From contig PDIP01000002.1 in the NCBI GenBank assembly GCA_002811645.1, positions 69,683-133,682 of the forward strand: 64,000 nucleotides of DNA. Direction: 5' to 3'. Position numbers and translations under genes: made by a program. The notes under the pieces are model-generated. The model saw only the letters and a list, made by a program, of their open reading frames with translations. It was not told the origin of the DNA and did no database searches. The DNA is from Corallochytrium limacisporum Hawaii (Eukaryota; Protista; Pluriformea). Positions 45,429 to 56,060 of this stretch are shown in pieces. Each line of letters starts with the position of its first letter. The first letter of the stretch is position 1.

Positions 45429-48400
45429 TCAGCTCGTCCAAGCAAATACGAGGTCGTCAAAGTCGACAGTTCCTTTACGGTCGTCAAAAACGGCACTAAT
45501 GTAGACACCCTTGATCGGTTTCGCCACACTGACAGTAATTTCCTTGGCCTCATAGTCGTGCGAACCAGTACTGAAAGCTACACTGTGGCCCGATGACCAC
45601 GTACCATCCATAAACTGCACATCGGCACGCAAACCATAGGCATAGGCATCCTCATCACCTTCTACACCCGATGCACGAGAGTATCCACCAAATCGGAAGC
45701 TAGTAGTTTCGTATGGCGCGTTGATATACAGGGTGACGGCTCCCTTGAAGCCATCGTTTCCATGACCAATGCGTGCAGCATAGCTGCCACTGCGTGGTGT
45801 CGCTTCGCTCCTCGTGAACCCAGAGCCATATGAGTACATCCAGTCACTATCCCCTAGAGGCATCTCAAAGCCAGGATCCCTGAGAACATTGCCAGTAGTA
45901 CTGATCGGTCCGGGGTTGACGGAAGTCGACACAGGCCCAGTAGGCGTCGTGGTCGAAGTGCCAGAGAAGCTAGGATTCAAGGTGGTGGGATACGAAGTGG
46001 TGTCGACAACAATCACATCGTCGAAGAACGCAGAGCCAGAGTGATTGCGGAACAACACATAAACCCAGATCTCTATGACGTCAGAGTCGAAAGTTCGATC
46101 AACCACTGCTTGCTCCCAGTCGTGGTTGCCAGTATTGTAAGATGCAATATGTCCGTAGCTCCAAGTATTGCCAGCCAAGAGAACGTCAATGTACAGAGAG
46201 TAGTCATTGTTCTTCGAACCACTTACGTTAGAGGCCTTACTCCACATCGAAGCCCTGAAACTGCGCAGTCCACTCTTGGACACAGTGACCTTTTGCAATG
46301 CCGCACCGGTCTCGGATGTGGTGTCAAAGGAGATAGCAGCAGCATTTGCACCACTGCGGAACTCTGAAGCGGTTCTGCTAAAACCATCACCGAAGCTGCC
46401 ATCCCACAACTGAGAGTTATCCTCGAAGCTGCCATCATAAATCATGTTGCTGGGGGCGACAACTTCAGGATCCACCGGGCTCGACGTGCTCGTGGGCGTT
46501 GTGGTCGTACTTGTGGACGTTGGCGGCTGAGTGGGTGTCGTAGGCGTTGGTGTAGACGAAGACGTAGTGGGTGTTGTGGTAGGCGAATAGTCAGTGGTGT
46601 CCACGACAACAACGTCGTCAAACCAGGCAGTACCTGAGTGATTGCGGAACAGTGCATACACCCAGATCTCCTTGACGGGAGCGTTGAATGAAAGCTCCAA
46701 GGCGGCCTGTTCCCAGTCATGGGTACCCGTGCTGTATCGAGCGATATGACCATAGCTCCACACTCCACCGTCTAGAAGTACATCTAAGTACAGCGAATAG
46801 TCGTTGTTGGCTGAACCACTGACGTTGCTGGCCTTGCTCCACAGGGACGCGGTCAAACTGCGCATACCAGCCGTTGAGACCACGATCTTCTGCAGAGCAG
46901 CACCGGTTTCAGAAGCGGTCGCAGCGGTGAAGTATGCTGAGTACAGACCACTGCGAGAATGAGAGGCCGAACGAGAAAAGCCGTCGCCGAACGTACGATC
47001 CCACACGTCAGAGCCATCTTCGAAGCTGCCATCCTCAACCATGTTATCCGGGGATGTCACATCCGGATCCATTGGTTCCGCTGTACGGGTTGTGGATGTG
47101 GTAGTTGAAGTTGCTGTGGGCGTTTGGGTTGTCGGTGTTGCAGTAGTAGTAGCGGTCGGTTGCAGCGTAGTGGTTGTGCTTGTTGTCGGATCCGGGTCGG
47201 GCACATCCGGTATGTCGCCGTAGTTCGGATCAACCACAATAATGTCATCAAACCAGACGGTTCCCGTATGTTTGCGGAACAGACAGTAAACAAAGACTTG
47301 AGCAATGTTTTGGTCAAACGTTCCCGAAACACTAACTCTCTGCCAATCATGGGTTCCTACATTCATGGGGACAATGTGGCCGTAGGACCAGGTCTCATCC
47401 TCCAGTTGCACATCCACGTACAGACTGAAATCATTGTTCTTGGAACCACTGACGGTTAAAGTCTTACTCCACGCACTGGCCTCAAAAGATTTCACGTTGG
47501 GGGGAAAAGTAACATACTGCAGCGCGGCCCTTACTTCCGCTAGGTTAGTGTTTGTCATCCGAGCTGACCAAAGCCCACCGTTACTGTCCTGATCGTCGTA
47601 CTCAAAGCCGTTACCAAAGCTGTCGCTCCACGCGGAGTCCTTGTTTTCGAAGGATGGATCAATCACCATGTTTGCTGGACTAGTCACTGATGGATCAATG
47701 GGATTTGGAGTCCTTGTTCCAGTACTGGTTGTTGTGGTTGTGGTTGTTGTTGTTGTTGGGTTGTCCGGATTGGCAGGTGGTGACTCATGAGGGCCGGTAG
47801 AGAGAACCAGATCATCGAAGTACACGGTGCCGATTTTGCCAGTGAACATCAGGTAAACGTAGACGGTACTGATGGGCTTATCAAAGTGCACCTCGACCGC
47901 ACTCCGCAGCCAGTCATGTGTTCCAGTTTCGATAGCAACAGCATGCCCACGGCTCCAGGTGGCATCCACAAACAGGAAGTCCATGACAAGAGCATACTGA
48001 AGTTCATTCTTTATGCCACTGACAGCCGACGACTTGGTGAATCCAGATAAGTGGGCATCGTATGAGTTCATAGGCATGGTGACCAACTGCAAAGCAACAA
48101 ACTCACGATCAGTACTGTCTGCGGACATCTTTGCCGACCAAGATCCACTGCGTGCAGCCTCATTGCTGCGTTCGAAGCCCTCGCCGTAGTCTCTCTTCCA
48201 ACGACCACCTTCTTCAAAACCGGGAGAGGCGAGGAGGTTCTCAGAACTGCGGAAAGGATCTGATTCACCTGGCATTGGTGGGCCTTCCTCTGATGGGAAC
48301 ACCGTTGGCTCGTCAGCTTCCGGGAAGGTCTTGAACTTTGGTTCCGTGGTACCGACATACGCTTGCACATTGTCAAACCACACTGTACCTGACTTTCCTC

Positions 48401-50378
48401 TAAAGAGGAGGTAGAGTCGAATGACACTGATTTCCGCCTCCAGGTCGACAACCAAACTCCTGAACTCCCAATCGTGACTGCCTGTGCTGAATGGTACATT
48501 CTTACCGTATACGTTGGTTCCATTTCCCAATTGAACGTCCGCATAGATGGAATAGGAGATGCCATCAACTGCACCACTTACTTCCTCAGCTTTGGACCAA
48601 CCAGACATTACAAAGGCCGTGACACCTTGCCCAGTGACTCGAATTTCCTGATAGAGACCTAACACAGAGTCTTCAGAATTGGATACGCATCTAGCGCTTG
48701 CTACACCGGACGCAGCAGGGGTTTGCACGTCAATAGTAAATCCACTACCAAACGCAAGCCATCCGTCACCACTGCTTTCAAAGCTGGGGTTTTCAATAAG
48801 GTTCAGTCCTTCATCGGTTTCAATGGCTGGAACCTCACCAAAATCGCCTGGAGGCAGAGACAAACGCATACTGCCGTCCTGATAGTCCGTGTCAACGTTG
48901 GCAAAGGATATGAACTGGCCGTCAAGAACCTTACTGCTAACGAGTTTGATTTTGAACAACTGCTGGTCTTGCAGGTTGTGATCCAACAATTCGAATCGGT
49001 AGACACTCGGACTGAAAGGCTGCAATGCAGAAACATCGTACGGCAACTCGTATTCTGCACTATTGGATCCATCCACCAGGACCATCTTCAGGTCGTAATA
49101 GAAAGGGGCGGTTCCAATGTTCTCTACTTCAACAGCAAAGTACAGGGTATCAGATTCAGTTTCATACACCTCTAAAGCGTTCACCGCGAACTTGTAGCCG
49201 ATTCTGCTAGCTTCCATCCGGGCACGCGCAAAATATTCCTCCGAACAGCACTTACTGGTCGCGATATCCGTTTCAGTACATTCCTGCTCTGTCAAGCGAC
49301 ATTCGAATGCATGGTTGTTCATCACGTAACTCAAATGCCATTGGTACGCCTGGACTTCGAAGCTGTCTACTCCACCATCACAACCAACTTCCGTGAACAA
49401 GCACCACTGGTTAGCCAGGAACACTTCACCACCCATCATACTGGTCTGCCAGCGTGTGGTAGTGCCTGTACTAGCCAGGGCACCCTCGGCAAAGTCCTCG
49501 TAGTTCAAAAAGCCAACAGTGGAATCAACGAATCCGACATGGATGTCATTTTGCAACTCGTTCTTCCATGGTGCATCAACAGTAGCGAACATTTCCTTGG
49601 TCGTGGCTCCCAGAACCATCTGCACTGGATAGTTTGGCAAGGAATCGTGGAAGGTCTTCACAAGTGTAAATTGCTGCTCTCCTGTGGCTTCCAGATTGAC
49701 CTGGTCCATGTCTTCTTGAACCAGAGGCCAATTCTGCCAATCTCCCCAGAAGCCAAGCAGGCCGATCTGAACAGCAGCAATGCGTTGGTCATCTCCGTAC
49801 TGAGCCCCGAAAGCAACCGCGAACTCATTCAATGCGTCATGCAGACCCTGATCCTGATAGTTCGGCACAACACTACAATCTTCGCAATTATCATGAGCAT
49901 CGTAGGCTGAGAAAAAGATGCGCCCTTTAAGAAATTCTGGTAAGCCGGAACTCTGTCCTGGATAGTCTAGCCAGAAGCGCACAATGCTATGGTGTGACCG
50001 TTCCGCAACGGTTGCTAGCAGACTTTCCAATGTTGCCCAGTCGAAGGTTCCCGGGTCTGTCATTACGCTACGCAACGGCAGGTGCACCAATTCCATGGTA
50101 TGTGGAAATTCTGTGGAATGTCTTGCAGAAGGTACGAACCCAGTGAAGGGATTCTGCACCCAGTGCTCAGTGCTGACATCATATTGATGGTATTGCAGAG
50201 CACCAGTGCCTTGCCGACGTCGCAGTCTTGTGTTGCTGAGTTTTGCATACTTTTCTTCAGCATGGGCCCGCACCATTCCTTTGGCCATGCTGGCATTTGA
50301 CGGAGTGCCATCACCGTCATGAGGGATCAAGCTGGCAGAAGCAACAGCACCGAGCAACAGTGCTGTCAGAACCTTCAT
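45429..50378 (-). CDS. Secreted multimodular carbohydrate-active protein: GH-A-clan-like TIM barrel plus DUF4832-like domain, then six CBM4/9-like modules with Thr/Pro linkers
   Basis: Signal peptide MKVLTALLLGAVASA; NPFTGF, RFWLDYPG, PNY, GLLGFWGDW, GGE, IGYKF, VENIGTAPFYYD; six repeats starting N[LMV]..[DN][PG][SG]FE and ending [VA].FDD, each with a G[STN]HD[WY] motif. Confidence 0.85.
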   Translation of the reverse strand: MKVLTALLLGAVASASLIPHDGDGTPSNASMAKGMVRAHAEEKYAKLSNTRLRRRQGTGALQYHQYDVSTEHWVQNPFTGFVPSARHSTEFPHTMELVHLPLRSVMTDPGTFDWATLESLLATVAERSHHSIVRFWLDYPGQSSGLPEFLKGRIFFSAYDAHDNCEDCSVVPNYQDQGLHDALNEFAVAFGAQYGDDQRIAAVQIGLLGFWGDWQNWPLVQEDMDQVNLEATGEQQFTLVKTFHDSLPNYPVQMVLGATTKEMFATVDAPWKNELQNDIHVGFVDSTVGFLNYEDFAEGALASTGTTTRWQTSMMGGEVFLANQWCLFTEVGCDGGVDSFEVQAYQWHLSYVMNNHAFECRLTEQECTETDIATSKCCSEEYFARARMEASRIGYKFAVNALEVYETESDTLYFAVEVENIGTAPFYYDLKMVLVDGSNSAEYELPYDVSALQPFSPSVYRFELLDHNLQDQQLFKIKLVSSKVLDGQFISFANVDTDYQDGSMRLSLPPGDFGEVPAIETDEGLNLIENPSFESSGDGWLAFGSGFTIDVQTPAASGVASARCVSNSEDSVLGLYQEIRVTGQGVTAFVMSGWSKAEEVSGAVDGISYSIYADVQLGNGTNVYGKNVPFSTGSHDWEFRSLVVDLEAEISVIRLYLLFRGKSGTVWFDNVQAYVGTTEPKFKTFPEADEPTVFPSEEGPPMPGESDPFRSSENLLASPGFEEGGRWKRDYGEGFERSNEAARSGSWSAKMSADSTDREFVALQLVTMPMNSYDAHLSGFTKSSAVSGIKNELQYALVMDFLFVDATWSRGHAVAIETGTHDWLRSAVEVHFDKPISTVYVYLMFTGKIGTVYFDDLVLSTGPHESPPANPDNPTTTTTTTTTTSTGTRTPNPIDPSVTSPANMVIDPSFENKDSAWSDSFGNGFEYDDQDSNGGLWSARMTNTNLAEVRAALQYVTFPPNVKSFEASAWSKTLTVSGSKNNDFSLYVDVQLEDETWSYGHIVPMNVGTHDWQRVSVSGTFDQNIAQVFVYCLFRKHTGTVWFDDIIVVDPNYGDIPDVPDPDPTTSTTTTLQPTATTTATPTTQTPTATSTTTSTTRTAEPMDPDVTSPDNMVEDGSFEDGSDVWDRTFGDGFSRSASHSRSGLYSAYFTAATASETGAALQKIVVSTAGMRSLTASLWSKASNVSGSANNDYSLYLDVLLDGGVWSYGHIARYSTGTHDWEQAALELSFNAPVKEIWVYALFRNHSGTAWFDDVVVVDTTDYSPTTTPTTSSSTPTPTTPTQPPTSTSTTTTPTSTSSPVDPEVVAPSNMIYDGSFEDNSQLWDGSFGDGFSRTASEFRSGANAAAISFDTTSETGAALQKVTVSKSGLRSFRASMWSKASNVSGSKNNDYSLYIDVLLAGNTWSYGHIASYNTGNHDWEQAVVDRTFDSDVIEIWVYVLFRNHSGSAFFDDVIVVDTTSYPTTLNPSFSGTSTTTPTGPVSTSVNPGPISTTGNVLRDPGFEMPLGDSDWMYSYGSGFTRSEATPRSGSYAARIGHGNDGFKGAVTLYINAPYETTSFRFGGYSRASGVEGDEDAYAYGLRADVQFMDGTWSSGHSVAFSTGSHDYEAKEITVSVAKPIKGVYISAVFDDRKGTVDFDDLVFAWTS

Positions 50379-52988
50379 GATCCGCTGTGAAGGAAGTTCT
50401 CTAGACGCTTAACACGATCTCCGTATGGGAAGCTGTCCTGCAGTCCCGATAATTTGTATCCCAGGAAACCCGTCCAGGACACAAATGAGCTTGGAAACCG
50501 TTTTGGAGACTCTATATGTCAAGTGAATCCTGCTTCAACGTGATCACTGTCAGCGTCTGCCTAACCCATGGTAAGCTCAAATAGCCATCACAGTATCTCA
50601 GTGCAAATGAACCGAAAAGTCATCGCAACTCCACTGGCACCACCATTGCACACGTACACGCTTCTACGAATGGTTGACGGGTACTCGATATGCCAATGTG
50701 TCGACAAATTGGCTCATAGCACCGGGATCCAATGAATGCGACAGAACGCCTTGGATTACTTTTCCCCGGTGCTGTCCTTAGATCTCGACGGCGCCCAGTG
50801 CCCTTAGTTTCCCCGGGCCCTCTCTCGAAGAAAACACTGCGTTGTGTGCGCGGGGCACTCCTCGGGTTCTCCTCCTGCTTCCCTCCGGAACCGTTTCAGA
50901 ACCGAAACGTACTACGAAAAATTCTATTTTTGGTCAGACCTGGGGTATCTGCGCGGGTCTGTTGCCTCCCAAGCCTTGCGTCACAGATTTGAAGTCACCC
51001 GCATCCCCGTCTGTTTCTTTCGCCCGTCCCCCTTCTTTCCCCTCCCGTCCACCGGCCCTGCGCAGTACTGAACCAGTGAACGAACTTTCCCCTTCGTTCG
51101 GGGAGTAGCCCGCTGCTTTTTTTTCTCCTGTGGCTGTCCGCTTTTCTCTCGAGGTTTCTACGTGCTGCCAACTTGCTTCCCCCCTTTCCCTTTCATATTT
51201 GCTCTTTTGGTTGCGTGCCTGTCCCTGCAGCTAGGCCAGTATGCCCCAAGCCGGGGCGGAAATGGAAGAAAATAAAAAAAAGAGACAAAAACGGTGATAC
51301 ATGTATATACATTACTCGGTAAATACGCTACCAACAACGACTGGACTGCTGCCTGTTTCCAAGGGGAAGGGGCGAAAGAAGAACCATTGTCAGAGGTGAG
51401 AGATGCGCGGGCGTTGGTTACACCGGAACCCCAAGGGAACTACACGCGATGATTGCACCATAAGCGCCAGCCACACACAGCAACCCTGACATCTCATAGA
51501 AGACTCAGAAAAAGGACCGTATTGAACAAACTGTTCATTCTGTCGTCACTGGTCAATTTGATCTGACGACCATGGACATCCACAAGTGCTAACTACCCGA
51601 GCAAGCACCAGAGTAGTTACCCCCGGGCCAACGACAGCAAGCCCGAAGATCGCGCGCACGCTACGCGGGGCCTAGGGACGCACCGGACTGGAAGAACTTA
51701 AAGTGCCGTTTAGCAGGGGTGACAGATGGTTGGCCGAGAGGGAAAGCGGCCCGGTTGGGAAGGGGCTGTTGGTGGAGAGAGGGAGAGCGAGAGAGGCGAA
51801 TGAACCGCCCCCCGGGCCCCCCGGGGGGGGGGACCCCTCGCTTGGCGGGGGACGCCGGAGAGGGGAAGATTCTCCTGTTGGGATGGCAAGCCACAACATC
51901 TGCAAATGAGGTCGGAAGAAGCAGTTGGCCGGAGCCTCTGCTCCTGTTCACAGGGACACACTGACGTACACTGACCGGAACACAAAGCAGGGGTGCAAGA
52001 TACCTGTGATTGGGGACAGATGATGCGGGATGGAAATGAGAAGTTGCAGAAATCAGCCAGCCCGCCAAAACCTCCTATCGGGCCAATGGGAGCCTTGGAA
52101 GATGTCTGCATCGGCATACCCCTTACATACGGCCAGACTACCAAGGGCGGGTAAGAGATCCAAACTATATGTTCTCCACTTTCCCCATCATCGATAGAGA
52201 GCGTGCTTCGGGTCGCAGAGCATCTGTATACATCATCAGCAGCATGGTATAGATATGCATGGAGGAAGAACTTACGGTGATTCTTTACACCAGCTTCCGT
52301 TTTCCAGCTCAACATTTATGCTCTGCTGACTGTTGTTGGTTCTCAATGCATACGATAATGAAAATTCCGTACCTTGTCTATGATGGTTGAGCGGAACTAT
52401 TGACTATTCGTTGCTGCTGTTGTGCGGCTCTCTCGCTTATGCAACGGTCCCCGGTAACAAGCTCCGATCCCAAACCTTAAATTCACTTCCCTAACTTCTC
52501 AGATGTTGACGGACGCAAAGAAATGCTTCGCCCGGGGTGCCCCCAGTGGGGAGGGGGCAGTTGAGCGTGAAAGGGAAGAGGGTGGTCAGAAGACAGGGAC
52601 GCAATGAATTGTGACTGCCCCTCCCCTCCCCCTTGGCAACCGTAGGGGCTCCAGTACGGCAGCCAGGGAGGGAGAGCGTCCCAAGATGTCCACCCCGTAG
52701 GAACACAGAATGCAACACTTCAAACACACATAGAGACAAGCATGCTGAGTGTTTTCTAGCAGACAGATAGCTACGATGATTTCACATGGGCCTTGTCCAA
52801 CTCGCCAAGTACTGGGCTTGGGAATATGGCTGCATGCATAGGGAGCCAGAAGTTAGGAGGAGAGCAGCGGAGAAATACATAATTGGTGGCGGCATATATA
52901 TAGTATATGAAAACACCACTACAGAAAATCGCGTATGGTGAGGATTCGTGCTTCCCCTGTGTCCTTTTACGATTAAACTAGATAGAGT

Positions 52989-55583
52989 CTATAATCCTGC
53001 ATTGTACATGTCCTCACGATCCAATTTCGTGTCGACAACCACTCCGATGACATCCTTCTCGCTGTCATCGTTGGTTATCCGAGCGCAAGACAAGATCATA
53101 TCAAGATACCTATTCCCCTGATGGGGACCAGTGAGTGCTATCAACTTGCGGAACGAGTCACAGACAGTGCTCGCCAATGGATTGGGACGTGTTGAGGGTC
53201 TGAACCGGGGCTGAATGTCACCACCGAAGAACCTGATCGCTTCATCCCCCATAAGAATGGCTGGGAAGGCTTTGGGACTTTCCTCGGCCTCGTCAATATC
53301 TGTGAGGAGCAGTCTAAGACACATGATAACTTTCAGATGCCGCTGGTCAGCACCACAGTCTTTGCATTGTTTGGGGAGCATAGTGTTGCCGACGGTCGGC
53401 AACAGATCTTTCACCTCTTCGTAAAGAGACAGTCTGTCACATTTGCTGCATTTGAGCGTAAAGACACGGTCGGGTTCCAGGTGCTCGACCCCTGAAAGTC
53501 TTGCTTTGACTCTGTACTTCTGAGTCTTGTTGCTGATCTGACGCAATTCTCCGATCTTCGTGTACGCACTGATATTGGCAGAGCCCTTGGTGACCACAGA
53601 AATCGGTTTTCGAGGAAGTGGGGTACCGTTCCAGATGTGATTGAACTGCTCAGGCTTGAAGTATTCGAGAGTGGATTTCAGCATCGAAGTTTTCAACTGC
53701 TTTACCTTCGGATCAGCGTCGCTTAAGACAGTCATAGCACTTTGATCTTGAACTGACAAGTATACTCCAGTCGAGTCCATCTTGATAGTTCCTCGGACAG
53801 TCCACTTGCTCCTTACTACAACCTTCGATACGAAGCTTGGAGACGCGTTATCAACCCGGACTTCAAGACCTTGGCCACGGACGAAACCATTTATATCATT
53901 GAAGCGGTCACTCACCTGCATTTCCAGATCAGAGCTCCTCTTACTGCCGTCCCAAACTATCCATCTATGGTCGCGATTTTCGCCGGTTTGATAAGATACG
54001 ATGAACACACTTAGGGTCACTACGGTACCAGCCGTCATTTTCCGTGCTTCGCTGATTGTTGTCCCGTTGGACTCTTGCACAGCCATGGGCATAATGGTTT
54101 TCTCACGTGCCGCAGCTACGGGCATCTGAGCAACAGGTTGGGTTGGAGGAACCCCACTCTCGGTTATTGAGGGCTCGGTATGTCCGATCCGGCAATTGTT
54201 CATGGAATTGACGTCAGGTGGAGTTTGGTGCGCGTGTTGCAAAACGGATGCAGGATTCTGTTGTGTAGTGGCTGAGGGGTCCGTGAAGCTGTCTGCGCAT
54301 CCAACTATCCGATCCAGTCCTTGGCGCGCAGCAGCCTGTCCGCGGAAAATATTGGTCAAAATTACAGCCTCCCGGAAATTGGGATCCTCTGCCCTGGACT
54401 GTTCCCCGATCATTGACCCACTCAAATACAATTCGACTTCGCAGGCACGAATGTGCATCAGGGGTTGATCCTTATAAATATTGCACTGATTCTGGCCATC
54501 CCATTCGACAACCACACCGAGAGCGCTAATCACATCACCGACTCCGAGTTGTGGCATCTGCTGTGGAGTTTTACGGAATACTGATGCTCTCAAGGAGCAG
54601 CTGTCACTGAGACTGTCATCCCAAATGGTTAGTTGTTGCCTATACTCATGGGTCTTGGTCATCTTTGCATCCTGCACAGAGGTGACCATCCCCATAATCC
54701 ATACCCTGGCCCTTGTAGGCAGTTTCTGAACCTTCATCAATGTGGCGACGGTCTTGGAATTTTTGTGCGGCACGGGTGTTTGCTTTGGCATGGAACCAGG
54801 GCGGGTCAGGGCAGAGCCATAATTGGGCGCTGGGTGCGTGTGCACAGCTTGCGCTTGTCCATGTGCCGTAGTGGGCTGGTGCGGCATTGCAAGGTGCTGC
54901 TGCTGAAGCATGTCTACTTGAGGATGGCTCGGATCCTGGGGCTGGCCTTTATCCAAGCCCATGCGGGTAGAATTCTCAATTTCCGACAGTGGTGTCCTTG
55001 GTTCCCCGCGGCGCCTTTTCTTCGAGGGCAGCCCGTGGCCCTCTTCAATTTGGGGAGGCCCTTGGCCCTCCAGGGAGATCTGCCTGTGTTGGCTGGCACC
55101 GTCCCAAAATTTGATGACGGCAGAGCATTCTGGGAGGTCAAAAGAAGCCGTAATCATCCATGGGTGCTGTTTCCTGTTTCGAGGATCCCTACTGGTGTCG
55201 CTCTCAGACTCTGGATTGACTTCCACTCTTGCGTTCTTGAGAAGGAGAATGGCACCAGTGTCAATTTCGTTCAGCGCCTTGTCGGCAAGGTCACCCTTAA
55301 GCCACACTTCCAAGGGTCGAAATTCAGATTTGCCACATGGTTCTGCAAGCTCAATATGCAGCATCGGAGTTCCCTCGTTGGTATTGATCAGATTGCCAAA
55401 GTTTGATACTCTTCCCCTAACATCAACGACCCATCTCATTCGTTTCAGTAGATATGCTGGTGAACCACCCAGTTCATTTGGCGTGAGGTCCTCGTGTTCT
55501 TCAGTAGCTGCCATTGTGAATGTTGAAGGCATGTTTGATCTCTCGCGGACGTATAATCCTGCGGCCTCTTCACAAGCAGACAT
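52989..55583 (-). CDS. POT1: POT1-like telomeric ssDNA-binding OB-fold protein with N-terminal extension
   Basis: OB1-like IMGMVTSV...EYRQQLTIWDDS...LRASVF...MPQLGVGDVI; OB2-like IVWDGSK; C-terminal OB with KYRVKARL and CSKC/CKDC zinc ligands. The track start is TTG; the first ATG is 55583, alternative 55514. Confidence 0.75.
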   Translation of the reverse strand: MSACEEAAGLYVRERSNMPSTFTMAATEEHEDLTPNELGGSPAYLLKRMRWVVDVRGRVSNFGNLINTNEGTPMLHIELAEPCGKSEFRPLEVWLKGDLADKALNEIDTGAILLLKNARVEVNPESESDTSRDPRNRKQHPWMITASFDLPECSAVIKFWDGASQHRQISLEGQGPPQIEEGHGLPSKKRRRGEPRTPLSEIENSTRMGLDKGQPQDPSHPQVDMLQQQHLAMPHQPTTAHGQAQAVHTHPAPNYGSALTRPGSMPKQTPVPHKNSKTVATLMKVQKLPTRARVWIMGMVTSVQDAKMTKTHEYRQQLTIWDDSLSDSCSLRASVFRKTPQQMPQLGVGDVISALGVVVEWDGQNQCNIYKDQPLMHIRACEVELYLSGSMIGEQSRAEDPNFREAVILTNIFRGQAAARQGLDRIVGCADSFTDPSATTQQNPASVLQHAHQTPPDVNSMNNCRIGHTEPSITESGVPPTQPVAQMPVAAAREKTIMPMAVQESNGTTISEARKMTAGTVVTLSVFIVSYQTGENRDHRWIVWDGSKRSSDLEMQVSDRFNDINGFVRGQGLEVRVDNASPSFVSKVVVRSKWTVRGTIKMDSTGVYLSVQDQSAMTVLSDADPKVKQLKTSMLKSTLEYFKPEQFNHIWNGTPLPRKPISVVTKGSANISAYTKIGELRQISNKTQKYRVKARLSGVEHLEPDRVFTLKCSKCDRLSLYEEVKDLLPTVGNTMLPKQCKDCGADQRHLKVIMCLRLLLTDIDEAEESPKAFPAILMGDEAIRFFGGDIQPRFRPSTRPNPLASTVCDSFRKLIALTGPHQGNRYLDMILSCARITNDDSEKDVIGVVVDTKLDREDMYNAGL

Positions 55584-56060
55584 CCACGTACACCAAAACG
55601 CAAGATTGTCCTCGTGAGATTGAAATACCAAGCCACTCTGCAATAACAAATCAACTTGTCATGCCAGCCATATCAACAGCAATAAGCCACAGGATGGGAG
55701 CAATTGGCTATGCATCGGGCATTGGCTGGTATCATCATTCCCAAGTTGCATAGTGTCCGTTGAACAATGGAGATCCATCCGGCGAGCGGTTTTCGCGCGG
55801 CTTTTTGCGCTTCTTGTGCACCCGCTTTCTTCCTGGTATAAGCGCCCGGGAGGGGGGCCTAAATAGCAAAGGATACTGCTCATAATTAATCAATATTTAC
55901 ATGTTTAATAGAGTAAGTACTGGATGCATAAAAATCAATATATAATGTAGAGTTTTCAAATTCATCTGTCCGTATAAGAAAATATAAACTCGGAACTGAC
56001 TTCCCTAGTGAGTGGAAAACGTACTGAGCATTACGGGTCATGGGCATGTGTGGAAGACTT

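Noticed and set aside
43983-50378. Bacterial contamination as the source of the cyclase and GH genes
   Set aside because: Contiguous with clearly eukaryotic genes, similar composition, eukaryotic signal peptide/linkers and an upstream splice acceptor; no operon or Shine-Dalgarno layout seen.
51661-52315. Several overlapping 70-200-aa ORFs
   Set aside because: Arise from GC-rich C/G-run sequence; no coding signature.
54633-55617. 257-aa and 218-aa plus-strand ORFs
   Set aside because: Antisense to the POT1-like CDS with non-protein-like composition.
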